Shown here: positions 8,880-19,495 of the stretch, piece after piece
Layout of the letters: every line of letters starts with the position of its first letter
Numbering within the stretch: the first letter of the stretch is position 1
NCBI GenBank assembly: GCA_005222975.1
Contig: NJBI01000006.1
Coordinates: forward strand, 1 to 64,000
DNA length: 64,000 nucleotides
Reading direction: 5' to 3'
Origin: Promethearchaeota archaeon Loki_b31
GTDB taxonomy: Archaea > Asgardarchaeota > Lokiarchaeia > Sigyniarchaeales > SOKP01
The notes under the pieces: generated by a model
Database searches by the model: none
Seen by the model: the letters and a program-made list of their open reading frames with translations, nothing else
Told to the model about the DNA's origin: nothing
Program-made: the position numbers and the translations under genes

Positions 8880-9524
8880 ATTGAGATTAATAAAAAAGAT
8901 TTAATTTCGCTAGTTCAACAAACAAAAATATTTACTAGTCCCAAAATCGAGTTAGAGCAATATTGCACTGATGCGAATAGTGCGGTAGACATCATATATT
9001 TTGCGGGAGTTGAATTTAACGACATTAAAAACCGATTAATATTCGACCTTGGCGCAGGAACGGGCAGACTATCGATTTCTTGCGCGTACCTTCAAGCTAA
9101 GTATGTTTTAAGCATTGATATAGATTTTGACGCGATAAAGATATTAAAAGGAAATGTTAAAGATTTGGACCTTGAAGCTGTAATTTTACCCATTTGCGCT
9201 GACATTAATAGGTTTGAAATCTCAGCGCAATTATTTCCTAAAGAGTTAAATATCACGACAATTATGAACCCCCCTTTTGGAGTGCAAAAAAAAACCGCAG
9301 ATAGATTTTTTTTACAAAAAGCCTTTGCTTTCTCGGATGTAGTTTATTCGATTCATTTAGCTAATGAAAAAGTTCATAATTTTATATCTAAATTTGTAAG
9401 CTCAAAAAACTGGAGCATCAATTACGTGTTACCGTTTAATTTAGTTTTAGAAAGGTCTTTTCCGTTCCATACAAAAAAGACAAAAAAAGTTGCTGTAAAT
9501 GTTTATAGATTTATCAAAAATTAA
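8880..9524 (+). CDS. METTL5-family SAM-dependent (rRNA N6-adenine) methyltransferase; apparent ATT start (8880 or 8886)
   Basis: The frame of ORF 9165..9524 extends upstream through PKIELEQY and DLGAGTG to an in-frame TAG at 8874. NPPFG motif present. Confidence 0.88.
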   Translation: MEINKKDLISLVQQTKIFTSPKIELEQYCTDANSAVDIIYFAGVEFNDIKNRLIFDLGAGTGRLSISCAYLQAKYVLSIDIDFDAIKILKGNVKDLDLEAVILPICADINRFEISAQLFPKELNITTIMNPPFGVQKKTADRFFLQKAFAFSDVVYSIHLANEKVHNFISKFVSSKNWSINYVLPFNLVLERSFPFHTKKTKKVAVNVYRFIKN

Positions 9525-9550
9525 AAAAATAAATAAAAAAATAGACTTAA

Positions 9551-10855
9551 TTATTGAAATTTTTTCCAAGAATCTAAATGTTTAGGATAATTAGCATTGG
9601 CCCCTAAGAATTCCTCAATTCTTAACAACTGGTTATATTTACAATTTCGATCAGATCTTGCCGTTGCGCCCGTTTTTAATTGTCCGGTACAAAGTCCAAC
9701 TGCTAAATCTGCTATGAAGGGATCTTCAGTTTCGCCCGAACGATGGGATACCATGACATTAAATCCATTTTTGAAAGACATTTTTGCAGCATTTATTGCC
9801 TCAGTTAGCGAACCAATTTGATTTACTTTTAATAACAACGCATTTCCCGCTTTTTCTTTAATTGCCTTTTCAAGTATTTTTATATTTGTAACTGTAAGGT
9901 CATCATCTACAATTTGTATTGATTTATCGACTTTTGCAGTTAAATCGGCAAAACCACTAAACGCTTTTTCGTCAAATGGATCTTCTATTGACTTGAATGG
10001 ATAATCATTAATTAAGTCAAGATAATATTGTAATAGTTCCCCTTCAGTTAACTTCTTACCGTCAATATTGTATGTACCATCCTCAAAAAATTCACTTGCA
10101 GCTGCATCCATTCCTAGGAAAAAATCAGTTCCCATTGAAAAGCCCGCTTCCTCAATTGCTTCTATGATAACCTCCACGGCATCTTTAGTTAAGGATAAGT
10201 TAGGAGCGAAGCCACCCTCATCACCCACATTAGTTGCTGAAGGCCCATATTTTTTAGCTAATAACTTCTTTAATGTTTGATACACCTCTGAGACGTTTTG
10301 GATTGCTTGAGCGAAATTTGGTGCTCCTACGGGTAATATCATAAATTCTTGTATCGATAAATCGTTGCCCGCATGTTCCCCCCCATTTAGAATATTGCAG
10401 CATGGTAATGGTAATAAGAAATCTTTTCGAGTCTTATGATATGCTAATTCATGGAGATGAGCGAATAATGGTTTCTCAGATAGAAGCGCAGCTAACTTTG
10501 CAACAGCTAAAGACACTGAAAGTATTGCATTTGCACCTAAGTTGCTTTTGTTTTCCGTGCCATCAATTGCAATCATCTCCTCGTCGATGTTGGTTTGTTC
10601 TCGAACATCAAAACCTTGTAGTTTATTGTTTATAATAGTGTTTACATTTGATACTGCTTTAGTTACATGTTTACCCAAGAAAGCAGCGCCTCCATCTCTC
10701 AATTCAAGAGCCTCTAAAACGCCTGTTGACGCGCCTGAAGGAACAGCCGCTCTTCCATAAATCTTACCTACATAAACATCGGTTTCAACTGTTGGATTTC
10801 CACGCGAATCTAAAATCCATCGAGACCTAATTTTTGTAATTTTAAAGTCTATCAT
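9551..10855 (-). CDS. eno: Enolase
   Basis: DSRGNPTVE, VPSGASTG, GDEGGFAP, LLKVNQIG, SHRSGETED. Confidence 0.98.
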   Translation of the reverse strand: MIDFKITKIRSRWILDSRGNPTVETDVYVGKIYGRAAVPSGASTGVLEALELRDGGAAFLGKHVTKAVSNVNTIINNKLQGFDVREQTNIDEEMIAIDGTENKSNLGANAILSVSLAVAKLAALLSEKPLFAHLHELAYHKTRKDFLLPLPCCNILNGGEHAGNDLSIQEFMILPVGAPNFAQAIQNVSEVYQTLKKLLAKKYGPSATNVGDEGGFAPNLSLTKDAVEVIIEAIEEAGFSMGTDFFLGMDAAASEFFEDGTYNIDGKKLTEGELLQYYLDLINDYPFKSIEDPFDEKAFSGFADLTAKVDKSIQIVDDDLTVTNIKILEKAIKEKAGNALLLKVNQIGSLTEAINAAKMSFKNGFNVMVSHRSGETEDPFIADLAVGLCTGQLKTGATARSDRNCKYNQLLRIEEFLGANANYPKHLDSWKKFQ

Positions 10856-10969
10856 TTTAAAATTTCCTACTCTGTTTATTAAAGTTCTGAAATAAAATAA
10901 AGAAACTTTAATTCTTAATAATATTTTTTTATATATTATTATAAGCCTTTATTAGAATTTAGTGTTTGA

Positions 10970-11941
10970 ATGTCAACAGATAACAAACCTTGGGTAGAAA
11001 AGTATAGACCTCGCCTTTTAGGTGATGTCGTTAATCAAAAGGGGATTATAAAGCGTTTACAACAATTTATTAAGGATAAATCGATGCCCCACCTTATATT
11101 TGCTGGTCCAGCAGGTACTGGGAAAACAACTTCTGCTCTAGCAATGGTTAGGGGGCTGTATGGTAGAAAAATGGCGATTAATACTACTTATTTGGAATTA
11201 AATGCAAGTGATGCAAGAGGTATTAATGTTATTAGAACTTACATTAAGGATTTCGCAAAAGCAAAACCTCCGTCTGACATACCGTTCAAAATTTTAATTT
11301 TAGACGAGGCGGACAATATGACTGCGCCTGCTCAGCAAGCACTAAGGAGAACAATGGAAAAATACACTAAAAATTGTAGGATGGTTTTAATTTGTAACTA
11401 TTCTAATAAAATTATCCCCCCAATCCAATCTAGATGCGTTGTTTTTAGATTTTCCTCTTTGAATAAAGAGGACATTAAAGAGAGAGTAAAATTTATCGCC
11501 AATCAAGAACAAATAAGCCTAACCCCAAATGGGTTAATTGCTTTAGTAGATGTATCGAAGGGAGATTGTCGTAGAGCTATAAATTACTTGCAATCTTGTG
11601 GTACAATTTCAAAAAAAATCGATCAAGATATAGTTTTTCGTGTTGCTGGCGAAGTACCATCAGATAAAATAAGAGAAATTTTAAAAACTGCAATTGAAGG
11701 GCAATTACAATTTTCCTTGAAATTACTTAACGATATCATAAGAGAATACGGTTTGTCGGGTATTAATATTATTAAAAATATACATCGAGAGATTTATGAC
11801 TTACAAATTTCAGAAGACCTTAAAATTGAGCTTTCTAAACTCTTAGCTGAATCTGAATACCGATTAAGCCAAGGAGGTACGGAAGAGATTCAATTACAAG
11901 CGTTATTAGCCAATATTGTTATGTTGCATGAAATTAAATAA
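10970..11941 (+). CDS. rfcS: Replication factor C small subunit
   Basis: PWVEKYRP, GPAGTGKT, LELNASDARG, ILDEAD, SRC; no intein. Confidence 0.97.
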   Translation: MSTDNKPWVEKYRPRLLGDVVNQKGIIKRLQQFIKDKSMPHLIFAGPAGTGKTTSALAMVRGLYGRKMAINTTYLELNASDARGINVIRTYIKDFAKAKPPSDIPFKILILDEADNMTAPAQQALRRTMEKYTKNCRMVLICNYSNKIIPPIQSRCVVFRFSSLNKEDIKERVKFIANQEQISLTPNGLIALVDVSKGDCRRAINYLQSCGTISKKIDQDIVFRVAGEVPSDKIREILKTAIEGQLQFSLKLLNDIIREYGLSGINIIKNIHREIYDLQISEDLKIELSKLLAESEYRLSQGGTEEIQLQALLANIVMLHEIK

Positions 11942-12814
11942 TTTTTTTTTAAAAGCGAATTTTTGCTCTTGCTCTCTAAAATATTTATCCCTTCTCTCTT
12001 TTGATTTATTATCGATTACGAAACTTACATTATTACCATAGTTGATATCCCACAAGATCAATCCAAAAGGATCAGCAGGTTGATAAGAGATATCTTTGGA
12101 TGGGTCAAATAAATCTATAAATTCTTCATAGCTGATTTTACCAAAGCCTACCTCTAAAATCTTAGTTACCATTCGTCTTATTTGTTGTCTTAGAAAAGCT
12201 CTGCTTTTAAAATCGAATATAATAAAATTCCCTTCTATATTGATTGATGTTGTAATCATATCTCTAATGTTTTTTACTTTTTCTTTTCCTGGTTTAGAGA
12301 AATTTTTAAAGTTATGTCGTCCCTCTAGAGCCTTACATACCTTTTTCATCGCCTTAAAATTAACTGTGGAGTCGTCTTTAAGGATAGCATTCGGATATGG
12401 CATAATATATTTGTAATGCCTAAACTGTGCGTTATATCTTGATAAAAAGTCAGTTGGAACTTTTGAATAAGCCCAGACGCCAATATTTTTTGGTAAAGTA
12501 GAATTTATCTCCATCAATATGGGTATTTTTTCAGTAATAAAAGAAAATGTAGATCCTCGAGCCGAAACGAACTTATCGGTTCTACTTGCCACCTCGAAAC
12601 CCGATTTCTTAGCTTCATGTATATAATTCTTTTCTTGTAATGCTGTTAGTAAGCAGTCTTCAATGGTTAAATAATTGGGTTGTCGTTGAGAACCGAAATA
12701 TTCCTCCGCTCCTATGTAATAAAATTTAAAGAGATATCTTGTTTTTTCCATTCCTAATAATTTCATCTTTAAAATTATATTAATTTTTTGTATGAAATCA
12801 GAATTTTCGAACAA
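11906..12814 (-). CDS. truA: tRNA pseudouridine(38-40) synthase TruA (start may be about 12751-12766)
   Basis: GSQRQP, SRTD..VSA, GRHNFKNF, FLRQQIRRM. Convergent 36-bp overlap with rfcS. Confidence 0.9.
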   Translation of the reverse strand: MFENSDFIQKINIILKMKLLGMEKTRYLFKFYYIGAEEYFGSQRQPNYLTIEDCLLTALQEKNYIHEAKKSGFEVASRTDKFVSARGSTFSFITEKIPILMEINSTLPKNIGVWAYSKVPTDFLSRYNAQFRHYKYIMPYPNAILKDDSTVNFKAMKKVCKALEGRHNFKNFSKPGKEKVKNIRDMITTSINIEGNFIIFDFKSRAFLRQQIRRMVTKILEVGFGKISYEEFIDLFDPSKDISYQPADPFGLILWDINYGNNVSFVIDNKSKERRDKYFREQEQKFAFKKKLFNFMQHNNIG

Positions 12815-12943
12815 ATTAAACTCATGTTATAATATTGAGATTAATTAATTTATCAAAAAATAATCTTTTAATGGAATTTAACATTTATATTTTTAAATTT
12901 CATATGATAATTTCAGTATATTAAAAGCCTTTAGAGAGAGAAT

Positions 12944-15900
12944 ATGTCTAAAATTTATCCAACATTAAAAAACTTACGAGATCGTATGAGAGCGAGTATT
13001 ACAGTAAAAACATATAATATTTTGTTTTTCTTGGCATTGTTCTTAGTTTTATTTTTAACTGTATTAATTCGACTTTCTCCAGTTGCATCGGGGAATTACT
13101 TAATTAAAGCTTTTGACCCGTGGATACAATATTACAACGCTGAATACCTATCAACACACTCCGTTTTCGACTATTTTAATTGGGTTGATACTAAAAGTTG
13201 GTTTCCAGAGGGATACGCTCGTGGAAATCTTAGACCTGGGTTAACATTCACCGTAGTAACTATATTTCAAATAGTTAATTCAATTGGGATTCCAATATCC
13301 CTTTATGATATTTGTTTCTATTTTCCCGCTTTTATGGGCGGAGCTTCTGTTTTAGCGATCTACCTTTTGGGAAAAGAAGTTCTAGACCGAAGATGTGGGC
13401 TAGTGGCTGCGTTCTTCTTGGCGTTTAATCCGGGGTTTATGCAACGAACAATGGCGGGTTTTTTTGATAATGAAACAATTGGTGTATTTGCAACTCTCAT
13501 GACATTATATTTCTTTATTAAAACTCTACGAACAGGAAAAATCCTCGATTCCATTTTGGGCGGTTTATTTTTAGGATATTTAGGTTTGAGCTGGGGTGGA
13601 TATAATTTTGTATACTTAATTCTACCCATGATATGTGGTATTTTAGTCTTACTCAAAAAGTACGACTCAAATGTCTTAATAGCGTATGCAGGAATCGAAG
13701 GTGTAGGATTATTAATTTTTTCACTTAGTTTTAATTTCAACTATGCTAACTTTTTCAATAGTTTGGAACTATTTGGAATTTTTCTTTTTATAATATTACT
13801 AACCATTTTTCATTTAATTCATATAAAGAAAAATGATTATCCTCGATTATATAACGGCTTAATAAACTTTTTAAAATGGGGCTTAATACCGGTTGTTGTA
13901 GGAGGAGCCATAATTATATGGCTGGCACCTGATTTAATTCCATTTGGATTTGGGAAAAGATTACTGAGCGTTCTAAGTCCTTTGGTTCGAGATAGTATGC
14001 ATCTTGTTGCGTCTGTAGCCGAACACATGCCAAGTTCTTGGAGCGTATTCTATTATAATACTTTAATCCCCCTAATGCTTTTACCCCTTGGGTTGTTCTT
14101 CTTATTCAAAAGAGGTAACTCTGCGGATTATTTACTTATAACTTTTCTGATTTTGATCTTTTACTTTACCGGTAGTATGATACGAATTATATTATTATTT
14201 GCACCTGCTGCATGCTTGGTAGGTGCCTACGGATTAGTTAATGTTTTGAAAATTTTTGGCAGTTTTTATGGAGAAAAAAGAATGGGAATCAGTAGGAAAA
14301 GAAAACGTCAAGTTAAAAGAATGGTAGGGAAATCTGAAATTGGCGCGGTTTACTTTATTGTTGGAATAATGTGCTTCGCCCAAGTAATCCATGCCTCTAA
14401 TATGGCTACTGTTCAATTATCACAAAGTCAAATTGCACCCGGAGGGCTTCATGATTGGGAAGAAACCCTAACCTGGATGAAAACAAACCTTCCTGGAACG
14501 GCGGTTGTCGTGTCGTGGTGGGATTACGGTTATTGGATTACTCCAATCGGAAACATGACTACGGTTAACGATAATGGAACAATTAATCAAACACGAATAG
14601 GTATGACGGGAATGGCACTAATGCAAACGAACGAGATATATAGTGCTAAAGTATTTAAGAAATTATACGCAGATTACGTCTTAGTCTATTTTGGAATGCT
14701 CTTTCCGAATTTAGGCGGTGACGAAGGTAAATGGCCATGGATGATAAGGATTTGTAACGATAACTACAATTTCTATAAAAATAAGGGCATGGAGGAGGAT
14801 AATTGGGGTCCAAATTCTGTGTTTGTTGAAAGCGAATATTTTAACACTACTCTTTCACAGCCAAAAAAAAAATGGTTCGATAGTACACTAGTAAAACTAA
14901 TGTTTTCTGGAATTGAAACTGATCCCCCACCAAACCCAAACAACATCGCAAACTTTGAGGAATACTATCGATCCCAGATTAACTCGAGAACAGATGACGA
15001 AGGGAACTATTATGTTGATCACATACCAAATGATGGAGAATACAATTTTGATGTATTTAGAGAAGTATATTTCTCTACAAACGGGATGGTTAAATTATTT
15101 AGTCTTGATTATACTGCTTTGGATTCAAGTTTTCAAATAGAAAACCCCGAAGTATTCGATACCGGCTATGCAACTTTCAAGATAAAAAACACAGGATCGA
15201 AAGATTTAACTATTTCCGATGTCAAAATAAATGGCGAGAGTTATGAATTCGATTTGAGTAAAGGTCGTAGTACACATATACTAAATGCCAGCGAAAATGA
15301 TTTGGTTTGGGTTGATATAAAAGCAAGCGGTCAATCCTTTCAAACTACCGATGTTGTAAAAATTACAGTAGAAGCTGAATCAGTAGCCTTGGATAATAAA
15401 CCTTATATCTTTACAAATAGTACGAATAATTTCTTTGTTGAAGAAGCTAGGGAAGGAGACATAAAAATTAATAAACCCAATAGTAAAGTTGTCCAAGTCG
15501 ATGCGACTAATAGTGAGATATATCTCGAAGTTGAGAATACTGGAGATACAACCGTGATCTTGAAAGATTTTTATATAGATAACGAAAATAATACCTTTGT
15601 AGATATGGATTATATATCTGGTTCCCCTATATTAGATCCGGGTCAAAAGGCTTATGTCAAAATAACAAATTCACTAGTTCCGTTTTATAACGTTAGTGAT
15701 AATTCTATAATTGAACATAAAATAGGTGTTATTACTCCAAATAACATCACAGATGAGCTATTATTTACGGCGAATTATGAAGATTTCAAGATTTCAATTG
15801 TAGATGAAAGTAGAATTGTTTCACCTGAAGCCTTAATTGCTACTCACAGCGATTATAGGAAACATATTCCAATTAATTTAGACAATACTTACGCATATAC

Positions 15901-16849
15901 TTACGATAACGGAACTACTATAGTTAATATTAAAATTAAAAACACTGGAGACATCATATTAGGACTCGATTCAATATATCTTACAACGTCTAGTACCTGG
16001 ACAGATGTTGAAATTCCAGAACAATTTATATTTAATTTAGACCCTGGTCAAGAGAAAACCGTAAGTGTAGTAGTTCCTGATGAATTAGGTGTTATCCAAG
16101 TAAATGACGAGCTCGGAATTATAGTCACAACAAATTTTGATGGCTCTACCAAAGCTTCTGATATTGGATTTGTGCACACAATCATTGACAAACCAGATAT
16201 ACAAATTATCGACAATGTCGAAAGTCATACTATGTCTTATATTGCCGCTAACGAGACAGGTAAAATCTTAATCAAAAACACTGGAGACGAGTCAATAACT
16301 CTAGATACATTATATCTAAACACTACAACTAAGTTGTTATTTGCTAGCGATGTAAATTTTGAGTATGGAGATATATCTCTAGATATTCAAGAATGCGCTT
16401 TAGTATCTTTTAATATTACGGGGTTGAAGTTAAATGCGTCTAATATCGTTAACGTTAATATAACAACTGACACTGACGCACAAGTTTCCATGGATTTCTC
16501 TGCATCTGTAGATTCACAATTTTATAACATCAATATTGACGACATTAGAACGACTGCTTCGGCTACAGGAAATGTATTAATTACGATAGAAAATAATGGC
16601 ATTTTTAATGTTACGGTAGATTCAATATTTATTGAATATTTATTGAATGGTACATATATCCCTTTGGTTAATTTTACTGAAAGTATTTACGAGATCGGAG
16701 CGGGTAGCTCAATTCAATTTACAATTAGCATGGAGGATCTCGAAAGTATACTGGGTGTTAGTGACATCGTAGTAAACGACATATTAATAATAATAGTCCG
16801 AACCAAAGAAGGAGCAGAAGATACTCACGAGGAAACTGTAGGCTCTTAA
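12944..16849 (+). CDS. aglB: Oligosaccharyltransferase AglB/STT3 with long C-terminal beta-sandwich repeat extension
   Basis: FDPW, GFFDNE, SVAEH, WWDYG, DNGT and DEGKWPWMIRI motifs; multi-TM N-terminus; five repeats around (I/V)(K/E)N(T/N)G. Confidence 0.92.
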   Translation: MSKIYPTLKNLRDRMRASITVKTYNILFFLALFLVLFLTVLIRLSPVASGNYLIKAFDPWIQYYNAEYLSTHSVFDYFNWVDTKSWFPEGYARGNLRPGLTFTVVTIFQIVNSIGIPISLYDICFYFPAFMGGASVLAIYLLGKEVLDRRCGLVAAFFLAFNPGFMQRTMAGFFDNETIGVFATLMTLYFFIKTLRTGKILDSILGGLFLGYLGLSWGGYNFVYLILPMICGILVLLKKYDSNVLIAYAGIEGVGLLIFSLSFNFNYANFFNSLELFGIFLFIILLTIFHLIHIKKNDYPRLYNGLINFLKWGLIPVVVGGAIIIWLAPDLIPFGFGKRLLSVLSPLVRDSMHLVASVAEHMPSSWSVFYYNTLIPLMLLPLGLFFLFKRGNSADYLLITFLILIFYFTGSMIRIILLFAPAACLVGAYGLVNVLKIFGSFYGEKRMGISRKRKRQVKRMVGKSEIGAVYFIVGIMCFAQVIHASNMATVQLSQSQIAPGGLHDWEETLTWMKTNLPGTAVVVSWWDYGYWITPIGNMTTVNDNGTINQTRIGMTGMALMQTNEIYSAKVFKKLYADYVLVYFGMLFPNLGGDEGKWPWMIRICNDNYNFYKNKGMEEDNWGPNSVFVESEYFNTTLSQPKKKWFDSTLVKLMFSGIETDPPPNPNNIANFEEYYRSQINSRTDDEGNYYVDHIPNDGEYNFDVFREVYFSTNGMVKLFSLDYTALDSSFQIENPEVFDTGYATFKIKNTGSKDLTISDVKINGESYEFDLSKGRSTHILNASENDLVWVDIKASGQSFQTTDVVKITVEAESVALDNKPYIFTNSTNNFFVEEAREGDIKINKPNSKVVQVDATNSEIYLEVENTGDTTVILKDFYIDNENNTFVDMDYISGSPILDPGQKAYVKITNSLVPFYNVSDNSIIEHKIGVITPNNITDELLFTANYEDFKISIVDESRIVSPEALIATHSDYRKHIPINLDNTYAYTYDNGTTIVNIKIKNTGDIILGLDSIYLTTSSTWTDVEIPEQFIFNLDPGQEKTVSVVVPDELGVIQVNDELGIIVTTNFDGSTKASDIGFVHTIIDKPDIQIIDNVESHTMSYIAANETGKILIKNTGDESITLDTLYLNTTTKLLFASDVNFEYGDISLDIQECALVSFNITGLKLNASNIVNVNITTDTDAQVSMDFSASVDSQFYNINIDDIRTTASATGNVLITIENNGIFNVTVDSIFIEYLLNGTYIPLVNFTESIYEIGAGSSIQFTISMEDLESILGVSDIVVNDILIIIVRTKEGAEDTHEETVGS

Positions 16850-16986
16850 TTTTTTTTATTTATTATTTATTATTTATTTTTTAGAAAAAATCATAAGTTA
16901 TGTTTGATTAAAAAATCTATAGACCTATTGTCTATAAATTGTATTCAACTTCATCTTAATTAACTTTAAAATTTGGCGCGTAACTT

Positions 16987-18981
16987 ATGATTACTAATTT
17001 CAAAATTGAATCTGAGTTTCAACCTAGCGGAGATCAACCAGAGGCAATAAAAGTTTTAGCCGGAAACATAAAAAGCGGAAAAAAGTTTCAAACTCTTTTA
17101 GGTGCGACAGGTACTGGCAAAACATTTTCTATTGCACAAGTCATACAAAAAATACAAAAACCTACATTAGTAATGGCACCTAACAAAACATTGGCTGCGC
17201 AGTTGTATAATGAACTAAAAGAATTATTCCCCCATAATACCGTCCATTATTTTGTTTCATATTACGATTACTACCAACCCGAAGCATATATGCCGGTAAC
17301 AGGGATGTACATTGAGAAAGATTTTAGCGTAAATGAAGAGATTGAAAGGTTAAGATTAGCTGCTACCCACGCAATTAGGACCCGAAATGATGTCATAATA
17401 GTCGCAACGGTTTCTTGCATTTATGGAATTGGAGATCCCAAAGTTTGGACGGCCATCTCTATAAACCTCAAAGTTGGTCAAAAAATTAAGAGAAAGGACA
17501 TCATCAAGAGATTAATATTAATGAATTATGAGAGAAAAGATATCAAATTTAGACCAGGGGTCCTAAGAGTTAGAGGAGACATAATAGATATCTTTCCAGC
17601 TTATTTAGATACTGCTATTCGCATATCATTATTTGGAGATGAAATCGAATCTATTCAAGAAATTCATCATGTTTCAAATAATATAATAAAAAATTTATCT
17701 AATTGCAGAATTTTTCCTGCAACTCATTTTATTATACCAGAAGAAAATAAAGCAAAAGCCTTGGTTTCAATAGAGGAAGAGTTAAAAATCCAAATAGCAA
17801 AATTCATGAAGGAAAAAAAATACGCTGAAGCGCAACGCATTGAGAAAAGAGGAAAATTTGATCTCGAAATGATGAGGGAAATGGGATGGTGTAAGGGCGT
17901 AGAAAACTATTCTAGGCACTTAGATGGAAGACCTCCCGGTAGTCCCCCAATGTGTTTAATCGATTACTTTCCAGAAAACTTTTTAATCGTTGTTGATGAG
18001 AGTCATATTACGATTCCGCAAATTCATGGAATGATAGGTGGAGATAAATCGAGAAAAAAGAATCTTGTGGACTTTGGGTGGAGATTGCCATCGGCATACG
18101 ATAATAGACCTTTAAAGTTCGAAGAATGGGAATCAAAAATAAAGTATATAATTTTTATGAGCGCAACTCCTGGAAATTGGGAGTTAGAAAAGAGTAGTGG
18201 TATTTCTGCAGAACAAATAATTAGACCGACTGGATTAGTTGATCCTGAAGTGGAGATTCGTCCTGCAAAAAATCAGATTGATGATCTCTTAGATGAAATT
18301 CGAAAGGTGATTAAAAACAAAGGGAGAATTTTAGTAACAACTCTTACAAAACGAATGTCAGAAGATATAGCAGAATATTACGCTGAACTTGGTTTAAAGA
18401 TTGCTTACTTACATTCTGAAGTAGGTACAGTAGAAAGATTTGAAATATTAAGATCTCTTAGGGATGGTACTTATGATATTATAGTTGGGATTAATCTCCT
18501 AAGAGAAGGATTAGATTTGCCTGAAGTACAACTCGTTGCTATTTTAGATGCAGATAAATTAGGGTTTCTGAGAGATACAAGATCGCTAATTCAAACTATT
18601 GGAAGAGCTTCGCGAAACATAGATGGAAGAGCAATTTTATACGCAGGGAAAATTACCTCCGCGATGAAGGCGGCAATAGAAGAAACTAACAGGAGAAGAA
18701 AGAAACAAGTAGATTATAACAAAAAAAATAATATTACGCCTCAAACAATAAGGAAAAGCATTTTAAATTCACTTTCAGAAGAAAAAGAATTCAAAGAGAA
18801 AGAAACAACTAAATTGAAAAGAAAAATTAAGGATAGAATTGAAGAGCTAGAAAAAGAAGGAGACAAAGATTTGGTTATTCATTATCTTGAAAACAAAATG
18901 TTCTTGGCAGCTAAAGAACTTAGGTTTGAAGATGCTGCTTACTTAAGAGATAAAATAAAGGCAATAAAGGAAGATTATTAA
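16987..18981 (+). CDS. uvrB: Excinuclease ABC subunit B
   Basis: GATGTGKT, YFVSYYDYYQPEAY, DESH, GINLLREGLDLPEV, C-terminal FEDAAYLRD. Confidence 0.98.
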   Translation: MITNFKIESEFQPSGDQPEAIKVLAGNIKSGKKFQTLLGATGTGKTFSIAQVIQKIQKPTLVMAPNKTLAAQLYNELKELFPHNTVHYFVSYYDYYQPEAYMPVTGMYIEKDFSVNEEIERLRLAATHAIRTRNDVIIVATVSCIYGIGDPKVWTAISINLKVGQKIKRKDIIKRLILMNYERKDIKFRPGVLRVRGDIIDIFPAYLDTAIRISLFGDEIESIQEIHHVSNNIIKNLSNCRIFPATHFIIPEENKAKALVSIEEELKIQIAKFMKEKKYAEAQRIEKRGKFDLEMMREMGWCKGVENYSRHLDGRPPGSPPMCLIDYFPENFLIVVDESHITIPQIHGMIGGDKSRKKNLVDFGWRLPSAYDNRPLKFEEWESKIKYIIFMSATPGNWELEKSSGISAEQIIRPTGLVDPEVEIRPAKNQIDDLLDEIRKVIKNKGRILVTTLTKRMSEDIAEYYAELGLKIAYLHSEVGTVERFEILRSLRDGTYDIIVGINLLREGLDLPEVQLVAILDADKLGFLRDTRSLIQTIGRASRNIDGRAILYAGKITSAMKAAIEETNRRRKKQVDYNKKNNITPQTIRKSILNSLSEEKEFKEKETTKLKRKIKDRIEELEKEGDKDLVIHYLENKMFLAAKELRFEDAAYLRDKIKAIKEDY

Positions 18982-19035
18982 ATAAAAGCGTGAAATTTTT
19001 CTTTTATTATGAATTGAAGGTTAATAGGAGCAAAC

Positions 19036-19209
19036 ATGATTGTAGATTCTATAATTATAAAAGGAGCTAGGCAAAACAACTTAAAAAACATAGATGTTGT
19101 AATTCCAAGAAATAAATTAGTAGTCATAACTGGAATAAGCGGGAGCGGTAAATTTAAATACTTCTCAATATTCAAATGGTTGGCAAAATATCTCAGCAAC
19201 CGCAATTGA
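19036..19209 (+). pseudogene. uvrA: 5' fragment of uvrA (39 codons to Walker A GSGK) plus an unrelated tail
   Basis: AGGAG then ATG 19036: [39 protein letters not shown], followed by [18 protein letters not shown]. Confidence 0.9.
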
Positions 19210-19339
19210 CAAGACAGGTAATATTAAATCAACTTCAATATTGATAAATATTGAAAGCCGTAGAATTCCCGGTATAAATTTAACCATATTAATTATAAGC
19301 TCTATTCTTGGAATCATAAGTAATTATACTGTTGAGTAG
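19151..19339 (+). pseudogene. C-terminal remnant of an Ig-like surface protein with IPG-type (Loki-CTERM-like) sorting tail
   Basis: Different frame starting at the uvrA breakpoint: [57 protein letters not shown]...*. No start codon. Confidence 0.55.
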
Positions 19340-19495
19340 AAGTATCCTCCTCACAATATTCATTTTTATTCTATTATCTATAATCAAATCATTTATGACG
19401 TATGGAACCCCAAGAGTAAAGAAAACGTTGTCAACTTAAAACATGTTTATTAAATTCTATAAAAAGATAATTCTAGATATTTTTCTTACAACTCT

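Noticed and set aside
19141-19160. Intein insertion at uvrA Walker A
   Set aside because: The sequence after GSGK is FKYF, not an intein start, and a stop follows within 18 codons.
18978-19205. Minus-strand 75-aa ORF
   Set aside because: Antisense of the uvrA 5' fragment, which is the meaningful frame.
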